Positions 1 to 8,548 of a DNA stretch of 64,000 bases are shown piece by piece. Every line of letters starts with the position of its first letter. The first letter of the stretch is position 1. The translations under genes and the position numbers were made by a program. Under the pieces are notes generated by a model, which made no database searches, had not been told where the DNA came from, and was given only the letters and a program-made list of their open reading frames with translations. The DNA is from an uncultured Actinomycetes bacterium (GTDB taxonomy: Bacteria; Actinomycetota; Acidimicrobiia; IMCC26256; DASPTH01). The stretch lies in assembly GCA_963720765.1 (NCBI GenBank), contig CAVRGS010000013.1, positions 406,467 through 470,466 on the forward strand, written 5' to 3'.

Positions 1-1298
1 GTGCCCTCCCAGAACCCGTTGGGGGCGCCGTCGGTGCCCTCGGGAACCGGGGGCTGCCAGGTGCCGGTCTCCCAGGTGTCGGGCTCCACCCCGGAGGTCT
101 CGCGACCACCGGACGACTTGGCGACCAGCGGCGGCTCTGCGAGGTCCCAGGTCGACGAGCCCTGGCGCATGGCCACTTCGATCGGGGGCGCGTCGGCCGC
201 ATTCCATGCGCCGGCGCCGGCGGTGTTCCCTGCGGGCATCGTGCTGTCGACGAGCTCGACGGCACCCTCGGGGGGGCCGATCGGAGGCACGCCGGCAAAG
301 GGGTCGGCGAACGGGTCCTGCGGTGCGAGCAGGTCGGGCAGCGGGGCGGACGGGTCACCCAGCGGCAGGGGTTCTGGGAGCCGGGCGAGCTCCGCGAACA
401 CGTCGACGTCGTGTCCGTGGACGTCGTCCACCGGTGCGTCGATCGGCCGGTCGAGGAACGCCGGCGCTGCGGAGGGGAACGGTGTGACGGGTTCGGCGGG
501 TGTGACGGGTTCGGCGGGTGTGACGGGTTCGGCGAAGGCGGCGGGCTCCGGGCTCGCGAGAGCGTCGCCGGCGGTGGTCGGGGCCGCGAGGGATGCCGCC
601 TCGGCGAAGGGCGCGGGCACCCCGAAGGGGTCCGTGACCGGCGCGTGGAGCGGACCTGGCGGCGGGAACGGAGCCGGCGTGGGTGCAGCCTCGATCGGCG
701 GCGCCTCGAACGGTGCGGGCGTGCCCGCAGCCGACGCCGAGGGTGACGCGGCGAGTGCGCGCGGCCGACCCTTCGTGTTGGGCGGCACGAGGATCATCGC
801 CCGCAGGCGCTCCGCCTCGTCGGGGGAGACGTTGAGCACTTCCCGCAGCTTCTGCTCGATCGATCGCGGGGTGGACCCGAGCGCGGTTGCGATCTGCTCC
901 AGCTCGCGCTCCTTCACCGGGATCCGCTTGCCCGGGGGGAGCGCCTGGAGCTTCTGCAGCGTGTGGAGGTACGGCGTGACGCCGGCGTCCTCCTGGCTGC
1001 GCCGGAGCTGGCTGACCGTGTCGCCCACACTCGTGGCGTTGGCCGCCGCGGTGAGCTCGAGTGAGGATGCGCTGGGCATCAGCTCGGCGACGTCGACCCC
1101 GCACGATCCCGCGAGCACCCAGAGGTCGCTCTCCGGGATCGGGATCTTGCCTCGCTCGTAGGCGACGAGCTCGCGCCGGCTCAGTCCCGCGCCGCGGGCG
1201 ACCTCGGACAGCGAGAGCCCCTTCTTGCGGCGGATCGACCGCAGGTGCTTGCCCAGCTGCTTCGACGTGACGGTGTTCTGGGTGGTCACCTCGGCCAT
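1..1298 (-). CDS. XRE-family helix-turn-helix protein with long Pro/Ala-rich C-terminal region (C-terminus runs off the window edge)
   Basis: Reverse frame is open from an ATG at ~1298 to position 1, and is absent from the track because there is no stop in the window. My translation begins MAEVTTQNTVTSKQLGKHLRSIRRKKGLSLSEVARGAGLSRRELVAYERGKIPIPESDLWVLAGSCGVDVAELM, a Cro/XRE-type HTH. The + ORF 1..1161 is its antisense shadow. Confidence 0.7.
   Translation of the reverse strand, partial: MAEVTTQNTVTSKQLGKHLRSIRRKKGLSLSEVARGAGLSRRELVAYERGKIPIPESDLWVLAGSCGVDVAELMPSASSLELTAAANATSVGDTVSQLRRSQEDAGVTPYLHTLQKLQALPPGKRIPVKERELEQIATALGSTPRSIEQKLREVLNVSPDEAERLRAMILVPPNTKGRPRALAASPSASAAGTPAPFEAPPIEAAPTPAPFPPPGPLHAPVTDPFGVPAPFAEAASLAAPTTAGDALASPEPAAFAEPVTPAEPVTPAEPVTPFPSAAPAFLDRPIDAPVDDVHGHDVDVFAELARLPEPLPLGDPSAPLPDLLAPQDPFADPFAGVPPIGPPEGAVELVDSTMPAGNTAGAGAWNAADAPPIEVAMRQGSSTWDLAEPPLVAKSSGGRETSGVEPDTWETGTWQPPVPEGTDGAPNGFWEG
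481..534. repeat. perfect 18-bp tandem repeat x3 (ggtgtgacgggttcggcg) inside the HTH-protein gene
   Basis: Read directly from the sequence. On the coding (minus) strand it encodes three EPVTPA hexapeptide repeats in the Pro-rich tail. Confidence 0.85.
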
Positions 1299-1344
1299 GC
1301 CTCTCGGTATCGGCCGCCATCGGCCTCGCCTGTAGGGTCAGCTC

Positions 1345-1863
1345 GTGGCCATCTACGCGCTCGGCGACCTGGAGCCGACGGTCGATCCGACTGCGTACGT
1401 GCACCCCGACGCGACCGTGATCGGCGACGTGACCCTCGGCGCCGGGACCACCGTGTGGCCCCAGGCGGTGCTCCGCGGCGACTACGGCGTGATCCGCGTC
1501 GGAGCACGGACCTCGGTGCAGGACGGCGCTGTCCTCCACACCACCCCGCTCACCCCGACGATCGTCGGCGACAACGTCGTGATCGGTCACCTCGCGCACC
1601 TCGAGTGCTGCACGGTGCACGACGGCGCGCTGATCGGCACCGGGTCGATCGTGCTGCACCGCGCGGTGATCGAAGCCGGGGCGTTGGTGGGCGCCGGGGC
1701 CGTGGTGCCGAACGGAATGGTCGTGCCGTCCGGCGCGATGGCGCTCGGCGTGCCGGCCAAGATCCGTCCCGACTCGGTGGATGTCGCCGACACGCTGCGC
1801 AACGCGGCCGAGTACGTGCGCAACGGTGAGCGGTTCCGACGCGAGCTCCGTCGGATCGACTGA
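1345..1863 (+). CDS. gamma-class carbonic anhydrase-like / left-handed beta-helix (hexapeptide repeat) protein
   Basis: The 172-aa ORF reads MAIYALGDLEPTVDPTAYVHPDATVIGDVTLGAGTTVWPQAVLRGD...VQDGAVLH...IGHLAHLECCTVHDGALIGTGSIVL. This is the typical YrdA/PaaY/gamma-CA pattern. Confidence 0.9.
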   Translation: MAIYALGDLEPTVDPTAYVHPDATVIGDVTLGAGTTVWPQAVLRGDYGVIRVGARTSVQDGAVLHTTPLTPTIVGDNVVIGHLAHLECCTVHDGALIGTGSIVLHRAVIEAGALVGAGAVVPNGMVVPSGAMALGVPAKIRPDSVDVADTLRNAAEYVRNGERFRRELRRID

Positions 1864-1864
1864 C

Positions 1865-3166
1865 TCAACCCTTCACGTACGCGAACTTCTCGGCGACCTT
1901 GCCGTCGCGCACCCGCAGCACGTCGACGCCGCGCAGTGAGCTGGTGGTGCCGTCGTCGTTGGTCCACGTGTAGGCCCACAGCACGATGCAGCGATCACCC
2001 GCGACGATGACGTCTTCTGCGTCGAAGCGCGCATGGGGCGACGCGGCGAAGAACTCTTCCCAAGCCGCGCGCACCTGTTCCTGGCCTTCGTGGCGCTCCC
2101 CGTTCGGCGGTGACGTGTCCTCGAACACGCAGTCGTCGGTCATCGCGGCCATCACTGCGTCGACATCGTGAGCGTTGAACGCCTGGTTGAAACGATCGAC
2201 GGCTTCGGCGGTCCCGGTCATCGGCGCCTCCTGGGAGGTGGGCGTGTCGTCGCTGCGCGCGGCGTCGTAGAGGTCGGGTTCGAAGAAGATCAGTTTGACC
2301 GTCGGGGCCGTCGCACGCACCCGCGCCTCGGTCGTGTCGATCGCACGGGCGAGCTCGGGGATGGTGGTGCAGGTGAACTCGAGCTTCGCCGTGAGCAGGA
2401 CGTCGTCGGGTCCGAGGTGCTGCGTGCGCAGGTGGATGATGCGCGAGATCTCGGGGCCGTCGAGGATTGCGCTGCGGATCTCCTCGTCGACCTGCGGTGC
2501 GACCGCCTCGCCGATGAGCAGGCTCTTCATCTCGACGGCAAGCACCACCGCGATCACGCCGAGCAGCAGACCGATCCCGATGCTGCCGAGCGCGTCCCAC
2601 CGGGGGTTGCCGGTGATCTCGGCCAGGCTGATCCCGACGAGGGCGAACATCAGGCCCACCAGCGCCCCGCTGTCCTCGAGCAGCACGACCGGCAGCTCGG
2701 GGCTCTTGGTGCTGCGAATGAACGTCCACCACGACTTGCGGCCTCGCGACGGCGTGGCCTCGCGACGCGCGGTGCGCAGGGACCACCCTTCCAAGACGAT
2801 CGCGATGCCGAGCACCGCGAACGCCCAGATCGGCGAGTCGAGGCCGTGGGGGTTGACGAGCTTCTGGATGCCCTCGTAGAGGGCGAACATCGATCCCAGC
2901 GTGAAGAGCACGAGCGCGACGACGAACGCCCAGAAGTAGCGCTCGGCGCCGTACCCGAACGGGTGCTCCGCGGTGGGAGCCTTCTGGGCGCGCTTGCCGC
3001 CGAGGAACAGCAGTCCCTGGTTGCCGGTGTCGGCGACCGAGTGGATCGACTCCGCCAACATCGACGCCGAGCCGGTGATCACGAACGCGGCGAACTTCGA
3101 GATCGCGATGCCGAGGTTGGCGACGAACGCGGCTGCGATGGCGCGCTTGGTGCCCTCAGTCGACAT
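1865..3166 (-). CDS. cation diffusion facilitator (CDF) transporter fused in-frame to a C-terminal SnoaL/NTF2-like domain
   Basis: 433-aa ORF. The N-terminal ~300 aa form a CDF with TM helices, HSVADTGNQ and a cytoplasmic domain ending IFFEPDLYD. The C-terminal 118 aa (MTGTAEAVDRFNQAFNAHDVDAVMAAMTDDCVFEDT...VLRVRDGKVAEKFAYVKG) are SnoaL-like. Confidence 0.85.
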   Translation of the reverse strand: MSTEGTKRAIAAAFVANLGIAISKFAAFVITGSASMLAESIHSVADTGNQGLLFLGGKRAQKAPTAEHPFGYGAERYFWAFVVALVLFTLGSMFALYEGIQKLVNPHGLDSPIWAFAVLGIAIVLEGWSLRTARREATPSRGRKSWWTFIRSTKSPELPVVLLEDSGALVGLMFALVGISLAEITGNPRWDALGSIGIGLLLGVIAVVLAVEMKSLLIGEAVAPQVDEEIRSAILDGPEISRIIHLRTQHLGPDDVLLTAKLEFTCTTIPELARAIDTTEARVRATAPTVKLIFFEPDLYDAARSDDTPTSQEAPMTGTAEAVDRFNQAFNAHDVDAVMAAMTDDCVFEDTSPPNGERHEGQEQVRAAWEEFFAASPHARFDAEDVIVAGDRCIVLWAYTWTNDDGTTSSLRGVDVLRVRDGKVAEKFAYVKG

Positions 3167-3845
3167 CGCGCACCGCCCAGACGGCCTTGGTCTGGATGCG
3201 CACTGTCTGACCGTCCACGTCCGTGCAGCGCAGGATCGACGAGCCGCGTTCGTAGCCGTCGAAGCTGCCCTGGAGCTCGTGCTCCTCGCCGTCGATGTTC
3301 CAGTTGATCTTCACCGGGCCCGTCGCGCCCTTGTTCACCCGCAGGCGTTCGTCCCAGCCGTAGTGCAACCGGCCATCGGGGCCACGTCGCGGCGGACGAC
3401 CGACGTGCACGCCGTGTTCCCGGTACGAGGCCTCGAGCACCGCCGCGTGCTCGGGCCCACAGAACTCGCCGATCGCGTCGAGCAGGACGCGGGCGAACGT
3501 GCGGCCGTGGTGCGGGAGGCCGGAATCGATGCCGAGCGCCCAGTGCGTGAGCTCGTGCAGCACCACGCCCTTGGTGCGGTAGCGACGGGGGAGCGTGATC
3601 GTGGGCCCGCTGTCCTCCACCCGGTAGAACGCCTGGCGCGCCCCGTTGCCGGGGCGGAGACGGGGCACACCGGCGAGGTCGCGGTCGGGGAAGCGCTCGT
3701 GCCACCAGAGGGTGCCGACGACACGGTCGGCGAAGCGCGCGCACGCGTCGAGGCCGGGCAACGGGCTCGACGGGAGGGGCGTCTCGGCCAGGTACACGCG
3801 GCGCCGCTGTGCATCGCGGGGCCGGCGGCCGGCGGTCGTTTCCAT
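3156..3845 (-). CDS. HExxH zinc metallohydrolase (resembles the actinobacterial TIGR04338-type putative metallohydrolase)
   Basis: This is the 3' 229 codons of ORF 3156..4532, starting METTAGRRPRDAQRRRVY and containing VVLHELTHWAL (HExxH). The upstream part of that ORF is antisense to the ABC ATPase. The gene overlaps the CDF start by 11 nt. Confidence 0.7.
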   Translation of the reverse strand: METTAGRRPRDAQRRRVYLAETPLPSSPLPGLDACARFADRVVGTLWWHERFPDRDLAGVPRLRPGNGARQAFYRVEDSGPTITLPRRYRTKGVVLHELTHWALGIDSGLPHHGRTFARVLLDAIGEFCGPEHAAVLEASYREHGVHVGRPPRRGPDGRLHYGWDERLRVNKGATGPVKINWNIDGEEHELQGSFDGYERGSSILRCTDVDGQTVRIQTKAVWAVRDVD

Positions 3846-3911
3846 GGGGCGCCACGCTACGCTCGCCGTAGTGGTCCCCCCGCGCTCCGTCGGCCCCGTT
3901 CTCGGCCGCCG

Positions 3912-4829
3912 ATGACCGAACCCGTCGCCGAACCCGTCGTCGAGATCATCGGCTTGTCGAAGCGCTTCGGCGCGGGGGTGCTCGCGGTCGACGACCTCTC
4001 CTTCTCGGTGGACCGGGGACAGGTGTGCGGCCTGCTCGGGCCCAACGGCGCGGGCAAGACCACGTGCTTGCGGATGCTCCTCGGTCTCATCCGTCCGAGC
4101 GACGGCGAGACGCGCCTCTTCGGGGCACAGGTCACTCCCGGCTCCGAGCAGTTGCGACGGCTCGGCGCGCTGATCGAGTCGTCGGCGTTCGTGCCGCACC
4201 TGTCCGGGACGCGCAACCTGCGCCTCTGGTGGGAGGCAGGTGGGGGGCGCTGGGCCGACGCCGACGTCGAGACGGCACTGGCCATCGCCGATCTCGGTGC
4301 CGCGGTCGACCGCAAGGTGAAGACGTACTCGCAGGGCATGCGCCAGCGGCTCGGCCTCGCCCGGGTGCTGCTGGGCAAGCCCGAGATCCTCGTGCTCGAC
4401 GAGCCCACCAACGGCCTCGATCCCGGCGAGATGCGCGAGGTGCGCCAGCTCGTACGTCGGGTCGCCGAAGCCGGATCGACCGTGCTGTTCTCCAGCCACG
4501 TCCTGGCCGAGGTCGAGCAGATCTGCACGCACGCGGTCGTCATGGACAAGGGCCGCCTCGTGGCGACCGGGTCGGTCTCCGACCTGATCGGCGCGTCGGG
4601 CACCGTGTACCTCGAGGTCGACGACAGCGCAGCAGCCCGTCGTGTGCTCGAGGGGATCCCGTCGGTGCAGCGCATCGACGACGAGATGCCCGGGCTCGCG
4701 GTCACGATGGACGGCGGACGGCGCTCCGACCTCGTGGCCGCCCTCGTGGCCGCAGGCGTCGCGGTGGAGACCGTGACCGCCCGCCGCAGGCTCGAGGATG
4801 CGTTCCTCGGGCTGGTCGAGGGGATGTGA
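3912..4829 (+). CDS. ABC transporter ATP-binding protein (ABC-2/DrrA-like exporter)
   Basis: Last 305 aa of ORF 2973..4829. Contains Walker A GPNGAGKT, signature YSQGMRQR and Walker B ILVLDEPTNGLD. Confidence 0.9.
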   Translation: MTEPVAEPVVEIIGLSKRFGAGVLAVDDLSFSVDRGQVCGLLGPNGAGKTTCLRMLLGLIRPSDGETRLFGAQVTPGSEQLRRLGALIESSAFVPHLSGTRNLRLWWEAGGGRWADADVETALAIADLGAAVDRKVKTYSQGMRQRLGLARVLLGKPEILVLDEPTNGLDPGEMREVRQLVRRVAEAGSTVLFSSHVLAEVEQICTHAVVMDKGRLVATGSVSDLIGASGTVYLEVDDSAAARRVLEGIPSVQRIDDEMPGLAVTMDGGRRSDLVAALVAAGVAVETVTARRRLEDAFLGLVEGM

Positions 4830-5650
4830 TGCTCACCCTCGCGGTCGTGCGCACCGAACTGGTGAAGAGCCTCCGGCGCACGCGCACCTACGTCGCGTAC
4901 GGGCTGCTCGTGCTCATTCCGATCATCATGGCGGTGGCCATCGACCTGAATCCGCCGAGTCAGCGGGGCGAGGGCCGACTGCTCTACCTCGCGTCGCAGA
5001 CCGGGCTGCTGCTTCCGGGGTTCGCGCTGCGCGTCACCAGCGCCTTCATGCTGGTGATCGTCGTCGCGTTGTTCGGGGGCGACGCCATGGCCGGCGAAGC
5101 GAGCTGGGGCAACCTGCGATACCTGCTCATGCGTCCGGTGGGACGCGGCCGCCTGGTGTTCTCGAAGTTCGTCGTCGCGATCTTCTGCGCGTGGGTCGCG
5201 GTCGTGATCGTGGTGATCACCGCGCTGGTGGTCGGCGCGATCGTGTTCGGCACCGATGCGATCGGGCCCCCGTTGAGCTTCCTCACCGGCGGGCAGTCGA
5301 ACGGCGACATCCTCTACCACCTGTTGGTGTCGACGGCGTACGTGTCGTGGTGCCTCACGGGTGTCGTCGCGTTCTCGTTCATGGTGTCGTGCATGACCGA
5401 CGCCCCGTTCGGCGCGATCTTCGCCGGCGTCGGTCTCTACTTCACCTCGTTGATCCTCGATTCGATCTCGTCGCTCGGCAACATCCGCTACGTGCTCCCC
5501 ACTCACTACTTCGATCGGTGGGTCGACCTGCTGACCCACGGTCACTGGAGCGCCGACATGTGGCGCGGTGTGGTGTTGCAGCTCGCGTACGTGGTGCTGT
5601 TCTTCCTCATCGCTCTGTGGTGGTTCCGCCGGAAGGACATCAAGAGCTGA
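4829..5650 (+). CDS. ABC-2 type transporter permease
   Basis: Last 273 aa of ORF 4025..5650 (MLTLAVVRTELVKSLRRTRTYVAYGLLVLIPIIM...), multi-TM. Its ATG overlaps the ATPase TGA by 1 nt. Confidence 0.8.
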   Translation: MLTLAVVRTELVKSLRRTRTYVAYGLLVLIPIIMAVAIDLNPPSQRGEGRLLYLASQTGLLLPGFALRVTSAFMLVIVVALFGGDAMAGEASWGNLRYLLMRPVGRGRLVFSKFVVAIFCAWVAVVIVVITALVVGAIVFGTDAIGPPLSFLTGGQSNGDILYHLLVSTAYVSWCLTGVVAFSFMVSCMTDAPFGAIFAGVGLYFTSLILDSISSLGNIRYVLPTHYFDRWVDLLTHGHWSADMWRGVVLQLAYVVLFFLIALWWFRRKDIKS

Positions 5651-5674
5651 CGTTCGACGTGGCGTCACCTGAGC

Positions 5675-5698
5675 GCGTCGCTCGCGTCGGAGCGACGC
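5675..5698. terminator. GC-rich hairpin between convergent genes (9-bp arms gcgtcgctc/gagcgacgc, 6-nt loop)
   Basis: Read from the sequence. It lies between the permease stop (5650) and the DUF35 stop (5715). There is no U-tract, so this is only a candidate intrinsic terminator. Confidence 0.35.
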
Positions 5699-5714
5699 AG
5701 ACCTGTTCGGGGCA

Positions 5715-6152
5715 TCAGCGCGGGCGGAAGAGGGGGAGTGCGACGCCGGCTCCGTCAACGGTGGCACCCGCGGGGTCGAAGTGGACCTCGACCGGGAGGC
5801 CGACGACGAGCTCGTCGCGTTCCACGTCGGTGATCCGGCTCAGGATCCGCACGACGCCGTTCGTGCCCTCGAGCTCGACGACCGACACGTTGTACACGCC
5901 GAGGTGCGCGAGCCCGGGCACGACGGGGCGGTCGGTCCACGTGTACGTGAACACGGTGCCGCGACCATCGTGCGGTTGCCAGGTCCACTCGAGCGAGTTG
6001 CACTCGTAGCAGACCTCCGTGGGCGGGTGCCGGTGCGTGCCGCACGCGCTGCACCGCTGCACGACGAGCTCGCCCCGCCCGGCGGCCAACCAGTAGCCCT
6101 CCGTGGTGGGATCGGGTGCGGGCCCGGGGAGGCCGGGCATGTGGTCGCTCAT
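5715..6152 (-). CDS. Zn-ribbon/OB-fold protein (DUF35 family), usual partner of SCP-x-type thiolases
   Basis: Terminal 145 aa of ORF 5715..7634: MSDHMPGLPG...VVQRCSACGTHRHPPTEVCYECNSLEWTWQP...GVYNVSVVELEG. It has a CxxC...CxxC ribbon plus an OB fold, and a 4-nt overlap with the upstream thiolase. Confidence 0.85.
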   Translation of the reverse strand: MSDHMPGLPGPAPDPTTEGYWLAAGRGELVVQRCSACGTHRHPPTEVCYECNSLEWTWQPHDGRGTVFTYTWTDRPVVPGLAHLGVYNVSVVELEGTNGVVRILSRITDVERDELVVGLPVEVHFDPAGATVDGAGVALPLFRPR

Positions 6153-7339
6153 CGTGCTCCCGTCAGGATCATGCCGCTGGTCGGCGCGGGTCCGGCGCCG
6201 CCCACCACGAGCACGTTGGTCGCGCCGTCGATCTGGTTGATCGCGGTGCCGCGGATCTGGCGCACCGCCTCGTTCACGTGGGTCATGCCGTGGGTGTACG
6301 CCTCCGCCAGGTTGCCGCCGTGCGTGTTGACCGGGAGCGGGCCGCCGAGCCCCAGGTTGCCGGCCTCCGCGTACGGGCCGCCCTCGCCCTTGGCGCAGAA
6401 CCCGAAGTCCTCGAGCGCCATGAGCACCATGCCGGTGAAGTGGTCGTAGACCATCGCCGCGTCCATGTCGGTGATCGCCATCCCCGAGAGCCGGTACAGC
6501 TCGTCTGCCACCACACGGTGACCGCTCGACGCGAAGTCGACGTCGGGCTGGTTGTAGAAGCTCATCAAGGCGTTGCCGAAGCGGAACGGTGCACCCGCCG
6601 ACGCGGCGGCGATGTAGGCCGGCGCACGACGCAGATCGCGCGCGTTCCGCCGACGCGATCACGACCGCGCACCCGTAGTCGGACTCCATGCAGAAGTCGA
6701 AGAGGCGCAGTGGGTCGGCGATCATCGCGCTGGCCTGGTGGTCGTCGACGGTGATCGGCTCGCGAAGCGCGCGTTCGGGTTCGTGCGGGCCATCTCGCGT
6801 GCGTTGATCGCCACGTGCGCCATCTGCTCGCTCGTGGTGCCGTACAGGTGCATGTGGCGCCGCACGGCGAGAGCGAACATCTGGCCCGGTGACTGCAGGC
6901 CGTAGGGCACCGAGAACGCGAACGGCCCGCCCACCGCCGGGATGCCCTGGCCGATCCGGCCGAACGCCTGGCCGTAGCGCTTGTCCGCCTCCATGGTCGC
7001 GACCTTGTGCACCACCACGAAGTCGGCCTGGTCGGTGGCGACGGCCATCGCCGCGTTCTGGAACGCGCCGCACATCGACGCCCCGCCGCCGCCCCACGTC
7101 TGTGACGCGTACCGCAACCGCTCGGCGCCGAACGCGGCCATCAGCTCGGCCGGCTCGACCGAGCTGTAGTACGACGAGTAGCCGTCGACGTCCTTCGGGC
7201 GGATGCCGGCGTCGTGGCACGCGGCGGTGATGGCCGCGACGGCCAGCCGCACGAGTCCCTGCTCGGCGAACTCGCCCCGGCGCCCGAACGGCACCGCCCC
7301 GATGCCGACGATCGCGGCTTGGTTCCTCACGTCCAGCAA
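6149..7339 (-). pseudogene. SCP-x/lipid-transfer-type thiolase with two frame breaks (about 6760-6770 and 6636-6645)
   Basis: The N-terminal part is in ORF 6722..7447 (LLDVRNQAAIVGIGAVPFG...HVAINAREMARTNPNA). The middle 43 aa (REPITVDDHQASAMIADPLRLFDFCMESDYGCAVVIASAERAR) are in the frame of ORF 5715..7634. The C-terminal part returns to the first frame as ORF 6149..6568 (...PVNTHGGNLAEAYTHGM...). An aaggag RBS lies 6 nt before the TTG at 7339. Confidence 0.75.
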
Positions 7340-7406
7340 CGAGCACTCCTTGTCGTCCTGCGGACCCGGGATCGAACCACCCCGGAGGGCCCGAGGGCAA
7401 TCTCGC

Positions 7407-7424
7407 TCGCGCGTCGACGCGCGA
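7407..7424. promoter_or_regulatory. 18-bp perfect palindrome TCGCGCGTCGACGCGCGA in a divergent intergenic region
   Basis: Read from the sequence. It lies between the thiolase start (7339, -) and the esterase start (7546, +). A TTGACA hexamer follows at ~7441. Confidence 0.3.
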
Positions 7425-7545
7425 AACGTTCGGTGAACAGTTGACAACCGCGTGTCCGGACGCGACGCGAACCCGGCAGTCTCGACGGCATGACCGCGCC
7501 CGTGCGCGATGCAACCGATTCGCGGCGTCGGGCGTCGGTGGTTCG

Positions 7546-8532
7546 ATGACTCGCCCCACCCGACGTGTCGGCATCCGCTTCGCGCTCGGGGTGGCCGCGG
7601 GTGCGATCGCGCTCGCCGTGGTGGCTGCGGTCAACGACCCGGTCCATGAGGTGCTCGGCGCCGAACCCGTGACCGTCGTCGAGCACCTGGACGTGGCCTA
7701 CGGTGCGCGCCCGGAACAGCTCCTCGACCTCCACCCGCCCCCGGACGCGCGGGGACCGGTCCCCGTCGTGATCTTCGTCCACGCGGGCGGATGGATCGCC
7801 GGCAGCCGCGCCGCCATCCCCGACGTGATCGAGTCGCTCGGGCCCGAGCTCGGCGTGGCGCTCGTGTCGATCGACTACCGACTGGTCGGTACGGCGGCCG
7901 ACGGGCGCTCGACGAACCCGTTCCCGGCTCCGGTGGAGGACCTCGATCGCGCCATCCGCTTCGTCCGGGCGCACGCCTCTGCATGGGGACTCGATCCCGA
8001 GCGCATCGTCCTGGCCGGCGCCTCGGCGGGGGGCCATCTCGCCGCACTCGCCGCGGCCGATCCGGGTCGGTACGCCGACCCCGATCTGGCGCCCGAGCTC
8101 GCACACGTCTCGCCCGCGGTGCAAGGCGTCATCGACTACGTCGGACCGTCGGACCTCCACACGTTCCCGCAGGCTGGTGGATGGGCGCCGGCCATGACCG
8201 CGGCGCTCCTCGGCTGCGCGCCGATGCGACCCGAGACGTGCGATCCGGCGCGCGTCGACGACGCCACCGTCGCCACCCATCTGCACGCCCGCCCGCCGCC
8301 CGCGTTCTTCGCGTACGGCGAACAGGATTCGCTGGTGGTGGCGGAGACCCAGGGGGCACCGCTCGCGGCCGCGTGGGCGGCGCGACGAGGCGAGAGCGAG
8401 GCCACCCCTCCCGCGCAGCGCACCGTCTGGTACGAGCAACGAGCCGAGGCCGACCACAACTTCACGCGAGAGCTCGACGGCGGCCTGCTCGTGTTCTGGC
8501 TGGGACGCCTGCTCGACGGCGCCTTCCGCTGA
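7546..8532 (+). CDS. alpha/beta hydrolase (esterase/lipase-like) with N-terminal signal/anchor
   Basis: ORF 7441..8532. The likely start is MTRPTRRVGIRFALGVAAGAIALAVV. Contains VIFVHAGGW (oxyanion HGG) and the nucleophile elbow GASAGGH. Confidence 0.85.
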   Translation: MTRPTRRVGIRFALGVAAGAIALAVVAAVNDPVHEVLGAEPVTVVEHLDVAYGARPEQLLDLHPPPDARGPVPVVIFVHAGGWIAGSRAAIPDVIESLGPELGVALVSIDYRLVGTAADGRSTNPFPAPVEDLDRAIRFVRAHASAWGLDPERIVLAGASAGGHLAALAAADPGRYADPDLAPELAHVSPAVQGVIDYVGPSDLHTFPQAGGWAPAMTAALLGCAPMRPETCDPARVDDATVATHLHARPPPAFFAYGEQDSLVVAETQGAPLAAAWAARRGESEATPPAQRTVWYEQRAEADHNFTRELDGGLLVFWLGRLLDGAFR

Positions 8533-8548
8533 CCAGCGTCGCGTGCGC

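Noticed and set aside
5715-7634. 639-aa minus-strand ORF
   Set aside because: It is a composite. Only the last 145 aa (DUF35 protein) and a 43-aa internal piece (the thiolase middle segment) are meaningful. The rest is out-of-frame read-through of the thiolase gene.
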